Shown: positions 1-11,200, counted from the stretch's first letter. The stretch is DNA of 64,000 nucleotides from a virus (IMGVR_UViG_3300033145_001721:1-64000), one strand, 5' to 3'. A program made the numbers and translations. Notes: generated by a model not told the origin, from the letters alone.

Positions 1-167
1 TTCGCGCCCACATTGTACCCATAGTATTTGATGATATAGTTCCACAATTCACCAAACGAGAAGCTGAAGATTGGGGTTGGAAGATTATTCAATTCAATCC
101 TGAAAATGGATTCATTCGTGCCCAATTTAATAACGAGGAAATCCAATGCCTCCGCGTAAAGGAATGA
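1..167 (+). CDS. partial hypothetical protein (5' truncated by window)
   Basis: Open frame 3 from the window start to TGA at 165-167, overlapping the next ATG (ATGA). Confidence 0.5.
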   Translation, partial: RAHIVPIVFDDIVPQFTKREAEDWGWKIIQFNPENGFIRAQFNNEEIQCLRVKE

Positions 168-394
168 AGTATCTGAAAACCAACTGCCGGGGATGCATGG
201 GACTCGTAAATGGTTTGTGCATTTTTCATATTCCCATCGAACATTTGATCGATGTCACGACAGGAAATACCACAATCAAACCATTGAGACCCTGCCTTAA
301 ACCCCGAACTAGAAAAAAGCTGGAGAAAGCCCTAGCAGCCCACGTAAGCGATAAAACCGAAAACCTACCCTATCGTACCCCCGTAGGTAGATAG
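164..394 (+). CDS. hypothetical Cys-containing protein
   Basis: ORF 146..394; ATG at 164 is coupled to the upstream stop; CRGC..C motif. Confidence 0.5.
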   Translation: MKYLKTNCRGCMGLVNGLCIFHIPIEHLIDVTTGNTTIKPLRPCLKPRTRKKLEKALAAHVSDKTENLPYRTPVGR

Positions 395-468
395 GCCACT
401 ACACAGGCTGTCTGTGGCCAGAATATTGTTGGAAACGAGGAGAATCGGCCGCAACAAGGAATAAAGGG

Positions 469-528
469 AAAAAAGCGCCCGTGGCTCTTAGTTGGCACAC
501 ACTTTTGGAAAGGCGGCCACGGGCGCTT
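469..528 (-). terminator. intrinsic terminator of the minus-strand arm, with an unusually long 30-nt loop
   Basis: Perfect 13-bp inverted repeat AAGCGCCCGTGGC (473-485) / GCCACGGGCGCTT (516-528), with a U-run on the minus strand, between convergent genes. Confidence 0.75.
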
Positions 529-534
529 GAAAAA

Positions 535-1170
535 CTATCCATATGTGTACAGCTTACATCGTTTAGGCATTGACTTCTCGTTTGAAAAAGACCAAGACCA
601 CGCCTTATGTCGTTTGTAAATTTCCTTCATACTTCCATACCACATTCTGTCCATATGGCACTGTCGAAATTTAGCACCGCTATACAATCCATTTGTATAA
701 ACCGGCGGAATGCAATCTGAACTGAGATGACTCCCATTCGCAAAGCATATGTCTGTCAACATGAGCCTAATCGATAATCTCAGTGTAACAAGATCAAATG
801 TAAACCTATGATCCCCGTGACCATACTCTCCCATTGGATTATGTGTGAAAACACATTCAGGTTTCCATGTATGAATAAACTTGTCAATCTGAATTTGAAA
901 TTGGTTTATCACCATCGGCAATGTAAAATCCTTCGGGTTTGGACTGCGAGGCGACACCCTAGAGAAGTTTGTATCTAACCGATGAAAGGGAACAATTTCA
1001 ATCTTGTTTTGTTTGCTTACTTCTTTCAACGCATCTATGGGTCCAGATCCATATTTTTCGTGATTGTCAGCAAGCGTGATCAACGCTACTTCATGCTCAT
1101 CCCCTTGTAAGATGGGCCACCCAAAAAGGACTTCATCATCCGGGTGTGCCATAATCATTAAGATTCGCAT
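535..1170 (-). CDS. PIG-L/LmbE family N-deacetylase
   Basis: AHPDDE and GEYGHGDH motifs. Confidence 0.85.
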   Translation of the reverse strand: MRILMIMAHPDDEVLFGWPILQGDEHEVALITLADNHEKYGSGPIDALKEVSKQNKIEIVPFHRLDTNFSRVSPRSPNPKDFTLPMVINQFQIQIDKFIHTWKPECVFTHNPMGEYGHGDHRFTFDLVTLRLSIRLMLTDICFANGSHLSSDCIPPVYTNGLYSGAKFRQCHMDRMWYGSMKEIYKRHKAWSWSFSNEKSMPKRCKLYTYG

Positions 1171-1199
1171 CAGTCAACGCCCCCTATTATGTGTGTGGA

Positions 1200-1751
1200 C
1201 TATTCCAATCCGTCATTTCTTAGGTAGTACTTAATTTGTGATATGACATCGGCCCAACTGTTACGAAAGACTACAACGTGAATGCCCAGAGCTTCAATCT
1301 TCTTAGCAATTTCACGCCGGAAAGTACCTATCGCATTTTCCTGACCCGTCATAAAATCATCCACATAAACATAGGGTTTCATTGCAGTCAAAATCGCAAT
1401 CTTTGCAGCCATGTTTGGAACGACGGTCACACTCTCAGGATTAGGCACTTTCAAATTCTTCAACTGACGAATAGTCAACACACCATCCAAGTCATATCCC
1501 CGTGCTGTCAAATATCGTATTTCATTCACAGCAGACAAACCCCAGAGAGTTTCGAGACATTCTATAGGATTCCCAGTAAAATTATCCATTTCCAACTCAG
1601 GCCAAGTCCAAGCCTTTCTGTGTATCTTACCTCCAGGCCATCGGGGAACCGTATTGCATCTAATCCTACGCCAATGATCAACGATTGTACTATCAACATC
1701 AAAGACAAATAGCTTCTTAGTCTCCATGCAAACTTCTCCGCAATGATGCAT
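1200..1751 (-). CDS. HAD-superfamily hydrolase
   Basis: FDVDST motif I, LTAR motif II, YVDD motif IV; start likely at METKK. Confidence 0.75.
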   Translation of the reverse strand: MHHCGEVCMETKKLFVFDVDSTIVDHWRRIRCNTVPRWPGGKIHRKAWTWPELEMDNFTGNPIECLETLWGLSAVNEIRYLTARGYDLDGVLTIRQLKNLKVPNPESVTVVPNMAAKIAILTAMKPYVYVDDFMTGQENAIGTFRREIAKKIEALGIHVVVFRNSWADVISQIKYYLRNDGLE

Positions 1752-2787
1752 ATGCCCGGTCGAACATGGCGTTTTTGTTTAGCCAGTAATTCGTGTAAAA
1801 CGGAATCTCCTTTTGCAATCTGAACTTTTCACGTTTCAAAAATTCAACAAGGGCTGGGGGGCGACTTGGATTATAAAACGGAGGATTCCAATTCGCACGA
1901 TTGAAATATCCCGTAGAAAATCCAGGTTGGACTTCAAGGAAATATGGATTGTTATTCTGGTCGAGAATTACATCAACTCCCTGAAAATTCAATCCTAATA
2001 CACGCACAGACTTAACCAGCATATCCTCATGCTGATGACAAAAATCAGAACAGACTTTTTGACATGTTATAAAAGTCTCTTCCATTTGTGATTCAAAACG
2101 ATTGGTGATAGCAATCCAATCAGAAGGCGATCCCAATCGAGCATACCCTGTAACGACCTTGTCTGCAGCTACAATGATCCGAAAGGACATAATCACATTT
2201 TCGGGTCGCACTGTAGATATGAATTTCACAGCTAGAAGCCTTCGTAACGCCCCACCCTTTTTCAAATCGCCACGAGTCTTTGACATATAAGAATCAAGGT
2301 CTTTCAACGCTTGTTTCGCTTCACCCTCGTCATTCACCAGATATGAATGATAGCCGGTATTAGCGTTGTTAACTCGCACCAACATAGGGAAGTCAAAACT
2401 TTCCTTTTTCTTCTCCCAAAAGTCTTTTGAATTTGAAAATTCAAACCAATCTGGAACTGGAATGGAATTATCCCTCCAGACTTTGAATGCCTCCTCCTTT
2501 GCGTGTGACGCCATCCATCCGCGCGGATCGTTGATATGCTTAATACCTGATGGAAGACGCCTAATTATATCCACACAACGTTTCCATAGATTTTCATCTG
2601 TATATTCTGTATGGAGCTTCCAAACTATCGTATCCGCTTTTGAATGCAAAATCTCGTCCACTGTAATGAAATCTGGCATGTCCTCCAAAACTATTGGCCC
2701 CATATATGTTTCACACATTTCCTTTTCATATGCACGCCAACTAACTCCATGGCCTTTTATGGAGACCACTGAATGTGATTCACTCAT
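1717..2787 (-). CDS. ATP-grasp ligase (RimK-like)
   Basis: FPMLVR, GVDVILD..PYFLEVQ (LEVN-like) motifs. Confidence 0.7.
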   Translation of the reverse strand: MSESHSVVSIKGHGVSWRAYEKEMCETYMGPIVLEDMPDFITVDEILHSKADTIVWKLHTEYTDENLWKRCVDIIRRLPSGIKHINDPRGWMASHAKEEAFKVWRDNSIPVPDWFEFSNSKDFWEKKKESFDFPMLVRVNNANTGYHSYLVNDEGEAKQALKDLDSYMSKTRGDLKKGGALRRLLAVKFISTVRPENVIMSFRIIVAADKVVTGYARLGSPSDWIAITNRFESQMEETFITCQKVCSDFCHQHEDMLVKSVRVLGLNFQGVDVILDQNNNPYFLEVQPGFSTGYFNRANWNPPFYNPSRPPALVEFLKREKFRLQKEIPFYTNYWLNKNAMFDRAYASLRRSLHGD

Positions 2788-3674
2788 TTGTTCAACCTTT
2801 CCGTTTCTAACATTTCTCGAATAGCCACAACAACAGCTTCAAAACTTTGGTCATCACCCGCATACAAAAATAGCTGATATCCTTTCAATGATCGATACAG
2901 ACTAAAACGTTGAGCCAGTGCATTTGTAAAATCGTTTACAACTAACGTAAGCACTGGACCTTCTCCGATTATATAATCGGATGGAATTAAGCTTTCCAAC
3001 AAAGCGCGCCGCTCATCCATCTTAATCCTAAATTTGCCAATATCAAACTTATCTACCGTTTCAAGCAAATCCCAATACAACGGAATAGCAGGTGTGGCTG
3101 GTGTCTCAGATTTCTCCCTGAATCTGAGATATCGACGAAGACTCAAAACACTATCAGTTTCAAGTTTGAAAAACTTATCTACAGACAACCGTTTGCGTAT
3201 ACCTATAATGCTGATGACAGGGTAAGCCCCCAATTGCTTACTGCCGACAGTGGTAAAAATATCAACATCCTCTGGTACAGGATAGTATGGAAAAGCACTT
3301 ACCATATCGGCAAAAAGAATTGATTGGAATGGTTTTAGGTGTGTTGGATTAACTTGTGAACAACTTGTCTCATACAAACAAAAAGCCATGCACAATATTG
3401 GTGGGTCTACTGCGTGAAGCTTTTCAAGTCTATCTAACCTGCCCCCAAATTCGTCTTTGGCGTAGAGACATGTTGTGCCTACATTCAAACTGGAAAGGAC
3501 GATCTCATTAGCCATCGTACCGCTACCAGTAACGAATATGAGATTGAAATCATCCAATCGAGGAAACGTAGTTTTCATTTGGGCTTCTAACAACTGAAGC
3601 AGTTCATGAAACGTATCGTCCCTATGATGATGCACAGGTTTTGCAATCATCGATTTCGCGTTCGGGCCGAACAT
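2784..3674 (-). CDS. PLP-dependent class V aminotransferase (PhnW/serine-pyruvate-like)
   Basis: MFGP..HHRD, TGSGTMANE, DMVSAF, GSKQLG (PLP lysine). Confidence 0.8.
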   Translation of the reverse strand: MFGPNAKSMIAKPVHHHRDDTFHELLQLLEAQMKTTFPRLDDFNLIFVTGSGTMANEIVLSSLNVGTTCLYAKDEFGGRLDRLEKLHAVDPPILCMAFCLYETSCSQVNPTHLKPFQSILFADMVSAFPYYPVPEDVDIFTTVGSKQLGAYPVISIIGIRKRLSVDKFFKLETDSVLSLRRYLRFREKSETPATPAIPLYWDLLETVDKFDIGKFRIKMDERRALLESLIPSDYIIGEGPVLTLVVNDFTNALAQRFSLYRSLKGYQLFLYAGDDQSFEAVVVAIREMLETERLNK

Positions 3675-4819
3675 CTTCCAATCCTTCCATAAACAAATTT
3701 CTTTCCCAGATATTTAAGTACTGCAATACGGTGCATTCCATCCCATGGGTCTTCCGCATTTCTAGGCATCAACCTAATAGGAGTTTCCTGTCCATGTTCG
3801 TTTGCAGTCTTAACCAAATTGATGTAAGACAGAACACGTTCTCTTGCTATTTTTGGGCCCCAAGCTGTAGACCCACAATGTCCATCTCGTTGCCATCTAT
3901 AACATGCAGAATCCGCCAAATTTGATTCATCTGTTCGATTGGATAGCACATCCTTTATGAACTCAGGAAAAATCTTCTGGTAAAATACAGCATTGTAAGG
4001 ATTTAGGGCTATCTGCTTTTCCCAACAATCCTGTATAGGAAGCCGTTTTAATGAACGACTGCGAAACAATAAAACGGTTAAATCTTTCACACGACCTTTC
4101 GCATTCTGCCCCAACAACTTTGCAGGTGTAGAAATACGATGTGTGAAAATCCAATCAGACAAAGGTTTCATTAAATGCTGTAGATATGCAGACTTCGGAT
4201 CGATTACACCTCCTGCATTTTCATCCAGCAGCACAACCAAATACAAACTCTTAGAAGATAATACCCGCAAATATTCAACTAACGCATTTACGCGCATATG
4301 GTAATGAACACAAGACAGCATCGTGATATCTACAATAGGGAACGTATGCATATCAAGTGGCTTCGCATCTGGATGGGCTATGTTAGGTTCCAACGGACCT
4401 ATGCCTCGATTGTATACCTCCAAAGGCATCTTATCATAATAATCACGTGTAACAAGTAATTGATCGAAAGCTCCCAGCCCCGCATCCACCCCAATCAGTC
4501 TATCAAATTTATACTTTTGCCACGCGCGTAAAAGAAACAAACCGGCACTACAACCTACTTCACACAAGGAACTTTGTTCAGATTGTATCCCCAACTTATT
4601 TATATGTTCTAACATCGGTTTTATGTAATGGGTCCACCGGCCATCCCCATATGATCTGTCATTCGTTTTGCCATCCCCAAAATGTGTATTGGGGGACGAA
4701 ATATTGCCATAAGGAACAGACTGATACCAACGTCGCTTTTTCCCAGCTTGATCAATACGCGTTTTCAATTCAGTATCACTCAGCATAATCAATCTCCACA
4801 TTTTTGATGACGACAGCAA
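3647..4819 (-). CDS. SAM-dependent methyltransferase fused to a C-terminal ParB-like domain
   Basis: EVGCSAG SAM motif, VHYH; C-terminal DGMHRIAVLKYLG. Confidence 0.65.
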   Translation of the reverse strand: MLSSSKMWRLIMLSDTELKTRIDQAGKKRRWYQSVPYGNISSPNTHFGDGKTNDRSYGDGRWTHYIKPMLEHINKLGIQSEQSSLCEVGCSAGLFLLRAWQKYKFDRLIGVDAGLGAFDQLLVTRDYYDKMPLEVYNRGIGPLEPNIAHPDAKPLDMHTFPIVDITMLSCVHYHMRVNALVEYLRVLSSKSLYLVVLLDENAGGVIDPKSAYLQHLMKPLSDWIFTHRISTPAKLLGQNAKGRVKDLTVLLFRSRSLKRLPIQDCWEKQIALNPYNAVFYQKIFPEFIKDVLSNRTDESNLADSACYRWQRDGHCGSTAWGPKIARERVLSYINLVKTANEHGQETPIRLMPRNAEDPWDGMHRIAVLKYLGKKFVYGRIGRCSARTRNR

Positions 4820-5480
4820 CAGGAAAAGACCTTATGCCAAGATCCACAAGCTGTATATCATTGATGTCGTCTCGTTTTTTTAGAAACGCATCTATGTCCG
4901 CATATCGAATCATTTGAGGATGATCTATGTTCCCCTGCGTTTTGCGTCTTTCGATTTCATTCTCATCGTCCCCACGACAATCAAACGCCAGGAAGCACAA
5001 TTTGCTCACACGCATACATTCGGAAAGAGTATCAAAGATGTTCCATCCATGATCCAAACAATTATAGCTGACAAGAACATCAATTGAATTATCATCCAAT
5101 GGAATCTTTTCAGCTGCCGATTCTACGTATGTTGCATCTTCGGGCCATTCGCAAAAATCCAAATCAACTAATTCACGTTGAATATAATCGATGAACACCT
5201 TTTTCTTAGCGGGCAAATTGCAAACTTGTAGCACACCCCCAAACGGCCCGGCCCCTACCTCACCCACAATCTTCGTTTCATCTATGTAAAATGGAATGTC
5301 AAATTGGTTCAGAAATTGTTCATAATAAGGCTTCCTGCACACATCCTCCTTGTCCCTATTCTTTATCCACCACGCTATGTTTCTTGCTATGAATTCTCCC
5401 CTAGACTCCAAACCGCCCCTGTGATTTTCCACATCACTCACATGAGTAATCCAATGTAAATTTCGGCTATCTGTACTCAT
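4776..5480 (-). CDS. class I SAM-dependent methyltransferase
   Basis: EVGAGPFG, AEKIPLDDNSIDVLVSYNCLDH. Confidence 0.8.
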   Translation of the reverse strand: MSTDSRNLHWITHVSDVENHRGGLESRGEFIARNIAWWIKNRDKEDVCRKPYYEQFLNQFDIPFYIDETKIVGEVGAGPFGGVLQVCNLPAKKKVFIDYIQRELVDLDFCEWPEDATYVESAAEKIPLDDNSIDVLVSYNCLDHGWNIFDTLSECMRVSKLCFLAFDCRGDDENEIERRKTQGNIDHPQMIRYADIDAFLKKRDDINDIQLVDLGIRSFPVAVVIKNVEIDYAE

Positions 5481-6239
5481 TCAAATACTCCTTTCTGAAA
5501 ATGCATTCCGAACTCCACACTGGCCCCAATGCAACATCATGCATTCGATGGGGGTTTTTTTGCCTTGTATTTGTTTCGTATAATCCCGCATATACTTGGC
5601 ACCGCTTGCCCCCACACACCATTGCTCAGGAAGATAAACAGGAGTGATACCAGTCTTCCATGAAGCACGCCAAAAGGCAAGCGTGCCCCTCATGCAATTC
5701 TGTAGTTCTGCTAAATAAGCAGATAGAAGAATGTGTGCCCTTTCATCCTTCCTATATACAAATAAGGGACTGACGTTACATGCAGGGGCATGTGGTGGGC
5801 CACTGTACTCGTTGTAAGGAATAAAATCCTCTGGCTTTGTATCTGCACCCCTGGCATTGTACTTCACGTATATTCTCGGATTTGTAGGCACACAAACCCC
5901 GAAACGTTCAGCCAATAAAAAGCCATCGGTAAATTCGGAATGTACAATACGCATATCGTCATTGATAACACAATAGGAATCTGCATAAGGTTCTAATGCA
6001 AAACGCGCTGATAGAACATTACAGTTGCGCACACCCCAACGTGGGCTTTCCAACCATTGAAGTTCATTATGAGGAACGATCAATTGTGTGATTTCTTTGG
6101 GTAAATTTCTCTGGTGATCTGTTACCACATAAACGGGAATATTGGGGCTGACTTGTTTCAGATTCTCTAACAACCCATGAACGTTTTTCTCCCTTCCAGG
6201 TCCCAAACTGACGATTAGAATTGCGCGTTTTATTTCCAT
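5481..6239 (-). CDS. putative GT-A fold glycosyltransferase
   Basis: VYVVTD, INDDM (DxD-like) motif; cluster context. Confidence 0.5.
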   Translation of the reverse strand: MEIKRAILIVSLGPGREKNVHGLLENLKQVSPNIPVYVVTDHQRNLPKEITQLIVPHNELQWLESPRWGVRNCNVLSARFALEPYADSYCVINDDMRIVHSEFTDGFLLAERFGVCVPTNPRIYVKYNARGADTKPEDFIPYNEYSGPPHAPACNVSPLFVYRKDERAHILLSAYLAELQNCMRGTLAFWRASWKTGITPVYLPEQWCVGASGAKYMRDYTKQIQGKKTPIECMMLHWGQCGVRNAFSERSI

Positions 6240-7039
6240 CCTAGTCTTTCTTTCTTATCATGCCGAATCATCACATTCGGAAACAAATTCGTTTCGTAAA
6301 TCATCTTTTTCAACTTAGATTTCAAATGAATAACTGCCGCTGTATCTGTATCCCCAATTGCAGCACGAACAAGATTGAAAGCCTCATCCCCCATTGTATC
6401 TGTAGCAGGGCAGTAGTTATATCGTGGGCCAGCGTCAACAATTGACAACCCACGTAATTTCTTCAAAGCGTCTCTTTCCAACCAAGTCGCAACCAAGAAA
6501 TCCTGGCCGACACTCCAGTCCAATCCAAATCGAAAATGATTGTATTTCTTCCTAACTGCTATATATGCATCCCAAGTATTTTCAAATATTTCATCCACGT
6601 GCCAAGCCACCCATTTTCTAACACATGAATTCACACGCAAGTAGAAGATCCCACCATTGATTGGAAACAGATGTTTGTATCCCCTTGTTGTAATCCCTAT
6701 ATCCATACCCCTGTTATCTTCAAATGGTTTGAAAGGATCTGCCTGAAAATACACATCTACATCAGACACAAGAATTTTGTCGTTGTACGAAAAATATTGC
6801 TGAAAACAGTGGAGCAACATTTCAATCTTGCATGTTGCGCGACGTTTAAGCATTTGCTTTGGATCGACCATCTGCCACCAGACATTGTAATTATCAGATA
6901 GAAACGATTTCACAATGTCTGGAACTCCATCGGTAACAATAATGATCTGGACATCAGATGTAACTTCACGCAAACTGTGAATACACGTTTCCAGCATGTT
7001 GTTGTCTCTTTGATGGTACGTGAAGTACGCAAATTTCAT
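6230..7039 (-). CDS. nucleotide-diphospho-sugar transferase
   Basis: DVDVYF..DPF, INGGIFY, GQD..V, YNY, IHLK. Confidence 0.75.
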   Translation of the reverse strand: MKFAYFTYHQRDNNMLETCIHSLREVTSDVQIIIVTDGVPDIVKSFLSDNYNVWWQMVDPKQMLKRRATCKIEMLLHCFQQYFSYNDKILVSDVDVYFQADPFKPFEDNRGMDIGITTRGYKHLFPINGGIFYLRVNSCVRKWVAWHVDEIFENTWDAYIAVRKKYNHFRFGLDWSVGQDFLVATWLERDALKKLRGLSIVDAGPRYNYCPATDTMGDEAFNLVRAAIGDTDTAAVIHLKSKLKKMIYETNLFPNVMIRHDKKERLGWK

Positions 7040-7656
7040 TACAATCTCCTTGCTTTGCTACCTTGAACATTTACGATACGCCGAAATCGACGGGATGCTT
7101 GATAGTGTACGATAACTCCATTGTGGACGTTTCGCATTAGATCAAATATCTTACAGTACTGGGCTGGAAGGCATCCAAATTTGAGATCATACTTTTTGGA
7201 GTTTATCAGTTCTTGTAGCAAATCTGGATTGCGTTTTCTCCACTTTTTCTCCATGCACAATTCTGCCCAATCGACAACAAACTTTTGCACAATAGGAGTA
7301 TTGCGAAAAAAGATAGTTCCACCTAAAAGTTCATTACGGTGCCAGGGAAAATCATGTACATGAGCTGCAATGTCTGCAATGAATTTCGGGTCTTCAAAGA
7401 GAATCGGATATCGTTCAAAAACCGCGTCGGCATCAACCCGCAAAATATCCCTATCAGGAAAACGATACAAAGCATCTTGAATAACTCTGCTACAAAAGTT
7501 GCTATTCTTTCTCCAAGTTCCTAGAGATTTGATGGGAGTTAGATCCAACTCCAATTTCCATTTCCGACACGATTCAACAAGGTTCTTCACCTCCTCTTCA
7601 TACGGTGTATCTACCGTATAATGTGACACAATCAAAGGCATTGTCATTCTAGTCAA
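7039..7656 (-). CDS. glycosyltransferase (GT-A)
   Basis: VDADA DxD motif, LGGTIFF, LPAQYC, IVHYQASR. Confidence 0.75.
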   Translation of the reverse strand: MTRMTMPLIVSHYTVDTPYEEEVKNLVESCRKWKLELDLTPIKSLGTWRKNSNFCSRVIQDALYRFPDRDILRVDADAVFERYPILFEDPKFIADIAAHVHDFPWHRNELLGGTIFFRNTPIVQKFVVDWAELCMEKKWRKRNPDLLQELINSKKYDLKFGCLPAQYCKIFDLMRNVHNGVIVHYQASRRFRRIVNVQGSKARRL

Positions 7657-8260
7657 TCTCCTTTCTATATTCGATATATTCGTTTAGCTTACTTGTAGGA
7701 GAATGACTGATCACTTCCAATCCTGCTTCTTTTATCTTTTCCAATGCCGTCACAAAATGCCCAAAATATTCTGTAAGATGTGTAACACCACTACGATATT
7801 GAGCATGAAAATTACTTCCACCGTTATGATGTAAATCCATTCCCAATAGATGAATCCTTTTCGCCCCTAATATTATTGCTAACTGCATTCCACAAAATCC
7901 GCTATTTTGACCTGTGCAAAATCCATTCCCATTAACATAAATCTGTCCGTCAAATCGAGTGGGTTTGATATGCCAATCATATTGTTTCAAAAAAGGTTCT
8001 ACTCTATGAAAGAATTTGTGATCTTCCCGCATCACAAGAACCTTGCAACATGCACATCCCCAAAAATTGTTAACTGCCGCGCATCGAGCATATACACTAT
8101 CGGCAGTTAAAAAATATGAAGGTTTTGGAACAAACTTAATGGCTCCATTGATTGCAATCGTTGATTTTGAACGTATTTGCTCCCAATCAAAATCTTTCAG
8201 AGAAGGCCCACATCCTATGACATACACATCGTCAGAAATGTTATAATTTCGATCATCCAT
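7649..8260 (-). CDS. MptE/Maf-like (glycosyltransferase-associated Rossmann-fold) protein
   Basis: VIGCGPSL, AIN, NSG..GMQLAIILGAKRIHLLGMD; paralog of 25458..26111. Confidence 0.65.
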   Translation of the reverse strand: MDDRNYNISDDVYVIGCGPSLKDFDWEQIRSKSTIAINGAIKFVPKPSYFLTADSVYARCAAVNNFWGCACCKVLVMREDHKFFHRVEPFLKQYDWHIKPTRFDGQIYVNGNGFCTGQNSGFCGMQLAIILGAKRIHLLGMDLHHNGGSNFHAQYRSGVTHLTEYFGHFVTALEKIKEAGLEVISHSPTSKLNEYIEYRKEID

Positions 8261-8274
8261 ATCAGTATTCCGTC

Positions 8275-11200
8275 TTATGCTGTCACGTCAACCTTAACTT
8301 CCAAAAGAGCTACAATTCTACATCGAGCATCCGTATCGAATCTGATAGCCTTCCAAGCGGCCCCAACGGTCAAGTAGCTTGAAATATCAATATCTAATTG
8401 ATCTCCACTATACGAACCGATTTGTGCCCCAAATCCAGAACCATCGTCAATATGAAAATCAACGTTTACAGAATTGCTCTCTTCAAAGATATTATAATTC
8501 AAATCGTGATTATGCATAGGTGTTGTATGAGAATGGGTTGGAACCGTAACGCTGTGTGTATGTGTTGCTGTGATATTGTGGGTGTGGCCATTAACGCTAT
8601 GTATATGATTATTAAGTCCATGCATATGAGTAGTAATAGCATGCTGATGACTTCCAGTTCCATCTGCATATTGTGTATATGGTGTTCCGCCCGATGCAGT
8701 ACTACCCGAAGCTCCACCTGTTTGTGTTCCGCTATCTGTTGATGTATTTAGAGAATTCCCAGAACCTGTTGTACCACTACCTCCTGCAACTATACTGGTA
8801 GTCATTCCAGCATCATTAGCGGCTCCTGTAGCGTATGCTCGATAATCCTTTATCTTGAACGAAAGCTTAGCCGAAATAAGAGCAGTAGTTTCACTAGGTA
8901 ACTTAAAATCGAATGTATATGGGTGATTAGCATCTAAAGAATCCTCACCAGTCCAAGCCATTGTTTGTCGCAGCTCAGCATAAGACTCTGCTCTTATAGT
9001 TCCAGCCAAGACTAAGCCAGCATGTAGCAATTGCATTGGAGTTGAACATACATGGACTTCGTTGTCCTTCAAGATAGCTACAACCCAATTGCCAGAAGCA
9101 ATTGCAGTATTAAGATCATCTGTTGACAAAAATCGATCTGTAAAATCTGGGTCCCAATAGATGTATTCTTTTGTAGATAAATCAGCAGTTATCTCATACG
9201 TTACGCCTCGATATCGGAAAGTAATAGGCTCCCCCACAGTTCGAGCATCCCAAGATACGGTTGTTCCCCCTGAATCTGACGTCCATTCACAATTGCTTAT
9301 CCAAGGAATATCAATATTTGGTTGTGGTGGCAACTGTTTGTTAATCAAATCAGAAATGTTACGCCACGTAACAGGAACATCTTCCAAACCAGAACGTTTC
9401 GACGGTGCAGGCCAAATATAATCAGGATTTGGATTGTCTGGATCAAAAGAGTCTTCATCTGTAAACAAAGCAGATGTGTAGGTTTCCACTGTAATTTCAT
9501 AATAGTTATCTACCGACTGTGCGATTTTGATTATTCGCCTCGTTTTTACGGCACTATCTGTTTTCGATGCAGCAGCTACATCGTCTTTCTGGGGGATAGG
9601 ATCTAAGGGTTCTTCAAAAGTTACAGAACACCCGACCTTGCTTGCTACTGTATACGACTTAACCTGAACATCGTTGACACCTGATGAACTATCAAATGCA
9701 CGGATGTAAAATAAATCACCCACAGCCACATCAACTACCCTATCAAATGTAGCTGTGTACACATTTGATTCTACAGACACGACACGATAGTTTTCGCCCC
9801 AATTAGGAGTCTTTGCTTGCAAACAAATAACATCACCCAAATGATGACGAATAGCGTCCTTATGCATTTTGAATTTGTTGATATTTCTGATCAATCGATT
9901 TCGATCTAGTGCAAATTTGGCTATTCGTACAGTGCCACTCCATCGAGTTTCACCGGAGCCTTCGATTTCGATAGAACGCGTGTACACACCACTGTCTTCA
10001 TCGCTGTATGGATATGACGTGCGTTCATATCCAATATCCTCATCACGATAAAACACGTTGATTGTACCCGCCATTTCGCTTTGACCTATCCATACATTCT
10101 CCCAACTGCGAGATATGATGTTGTCCCACGTAACTAAATCTGAATCAGCATCTGCGACTTCAGCATCTAGCCATCCACTTAATTTAGTCCCCTCCCAAAA
10201 CAACTTAGCTCTGCCTACTTGAGCCAATTTGTATGCTAATGAAAACAGATTCTGTTTTGTGTCTACATTAAAATTGCAAACAGATCTTTCTTCTGTGCCA
10301 CCCTTCCCGTCAGGCACAAGAGTAGCGCACCAAACAGCCCATTCGTAAAAGAAAGCAGTATCAATATTCGCAATAGGAATTCCTTCGTATCGCTCTATAA
10401 CGTATGGATCGCCACTTTCCCCTGTACCACTAATGACAGGTTGTGTTACTATATCCAAAACAACCCATGCTCGATTGTTACTGTATTTAAGAGACCAAGA
10501 CATACCATCATAGACATTAACGATTCTGCCCTGCCGGACACCTTTTACATCCAACGACGTATTCAAAGATCCTGTAGCTAATGCCGTTACGCCCATTAAG
10601 ATTCTACCAGGTCGCGTAAAAGCTACGTCTATCACCTCACGTATAGATTTGAGGTATGATTTTGTAGTGCGACGTTCATCGTCAGCAGATGTTGAGCGTG
10701 TAAACTTCACATCATATTGAGTACCCCTTTCTATAATAAAAGAATACTCCGAATCCAGTTCAGATACTTTGATGCTAACGAACTTGGCTGTTAACTGCTC
10801 CCCCGTTATGTTTTCATCATAAATCGTAGACCAAGAATTCAAACCCCTTTTGCTCATCTCGATTTTGATATGTACAGTAGCATGCGTTTCGCTTCCGTCG
10901 TGATGATATTTGATAAGTCCATAAGGAAAAGATATTGTAAACTCAAGATCATCAAAAAAGTTATTTGGAGTAGTAAAAGTTTGGGCTCCTCCGTCCTTAG
11001 TCAATTCCCAATTAAGAGAATACTCAATTTTCTCTTTTTCAAAACCCTCCATCACAGTTTGATTCATTGTGCCCAAGCGTTCTTGAGTAACAACATCTGC
11101 AAAATTGCCAGCCGGTTGGTCGTTTAAGTATTGAATGTTAGCTCCGGCTCCAGCTACCGGACCTTCACCATAATCGATAATTAAATTTAGGATTTCATTA

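Noticed and set aside
2784-3674. Phosphonate biosynthesis pathway
   Set aside because: The aminotransferase is PhnW-like, but no PEP mutase or decarboxylase was seen
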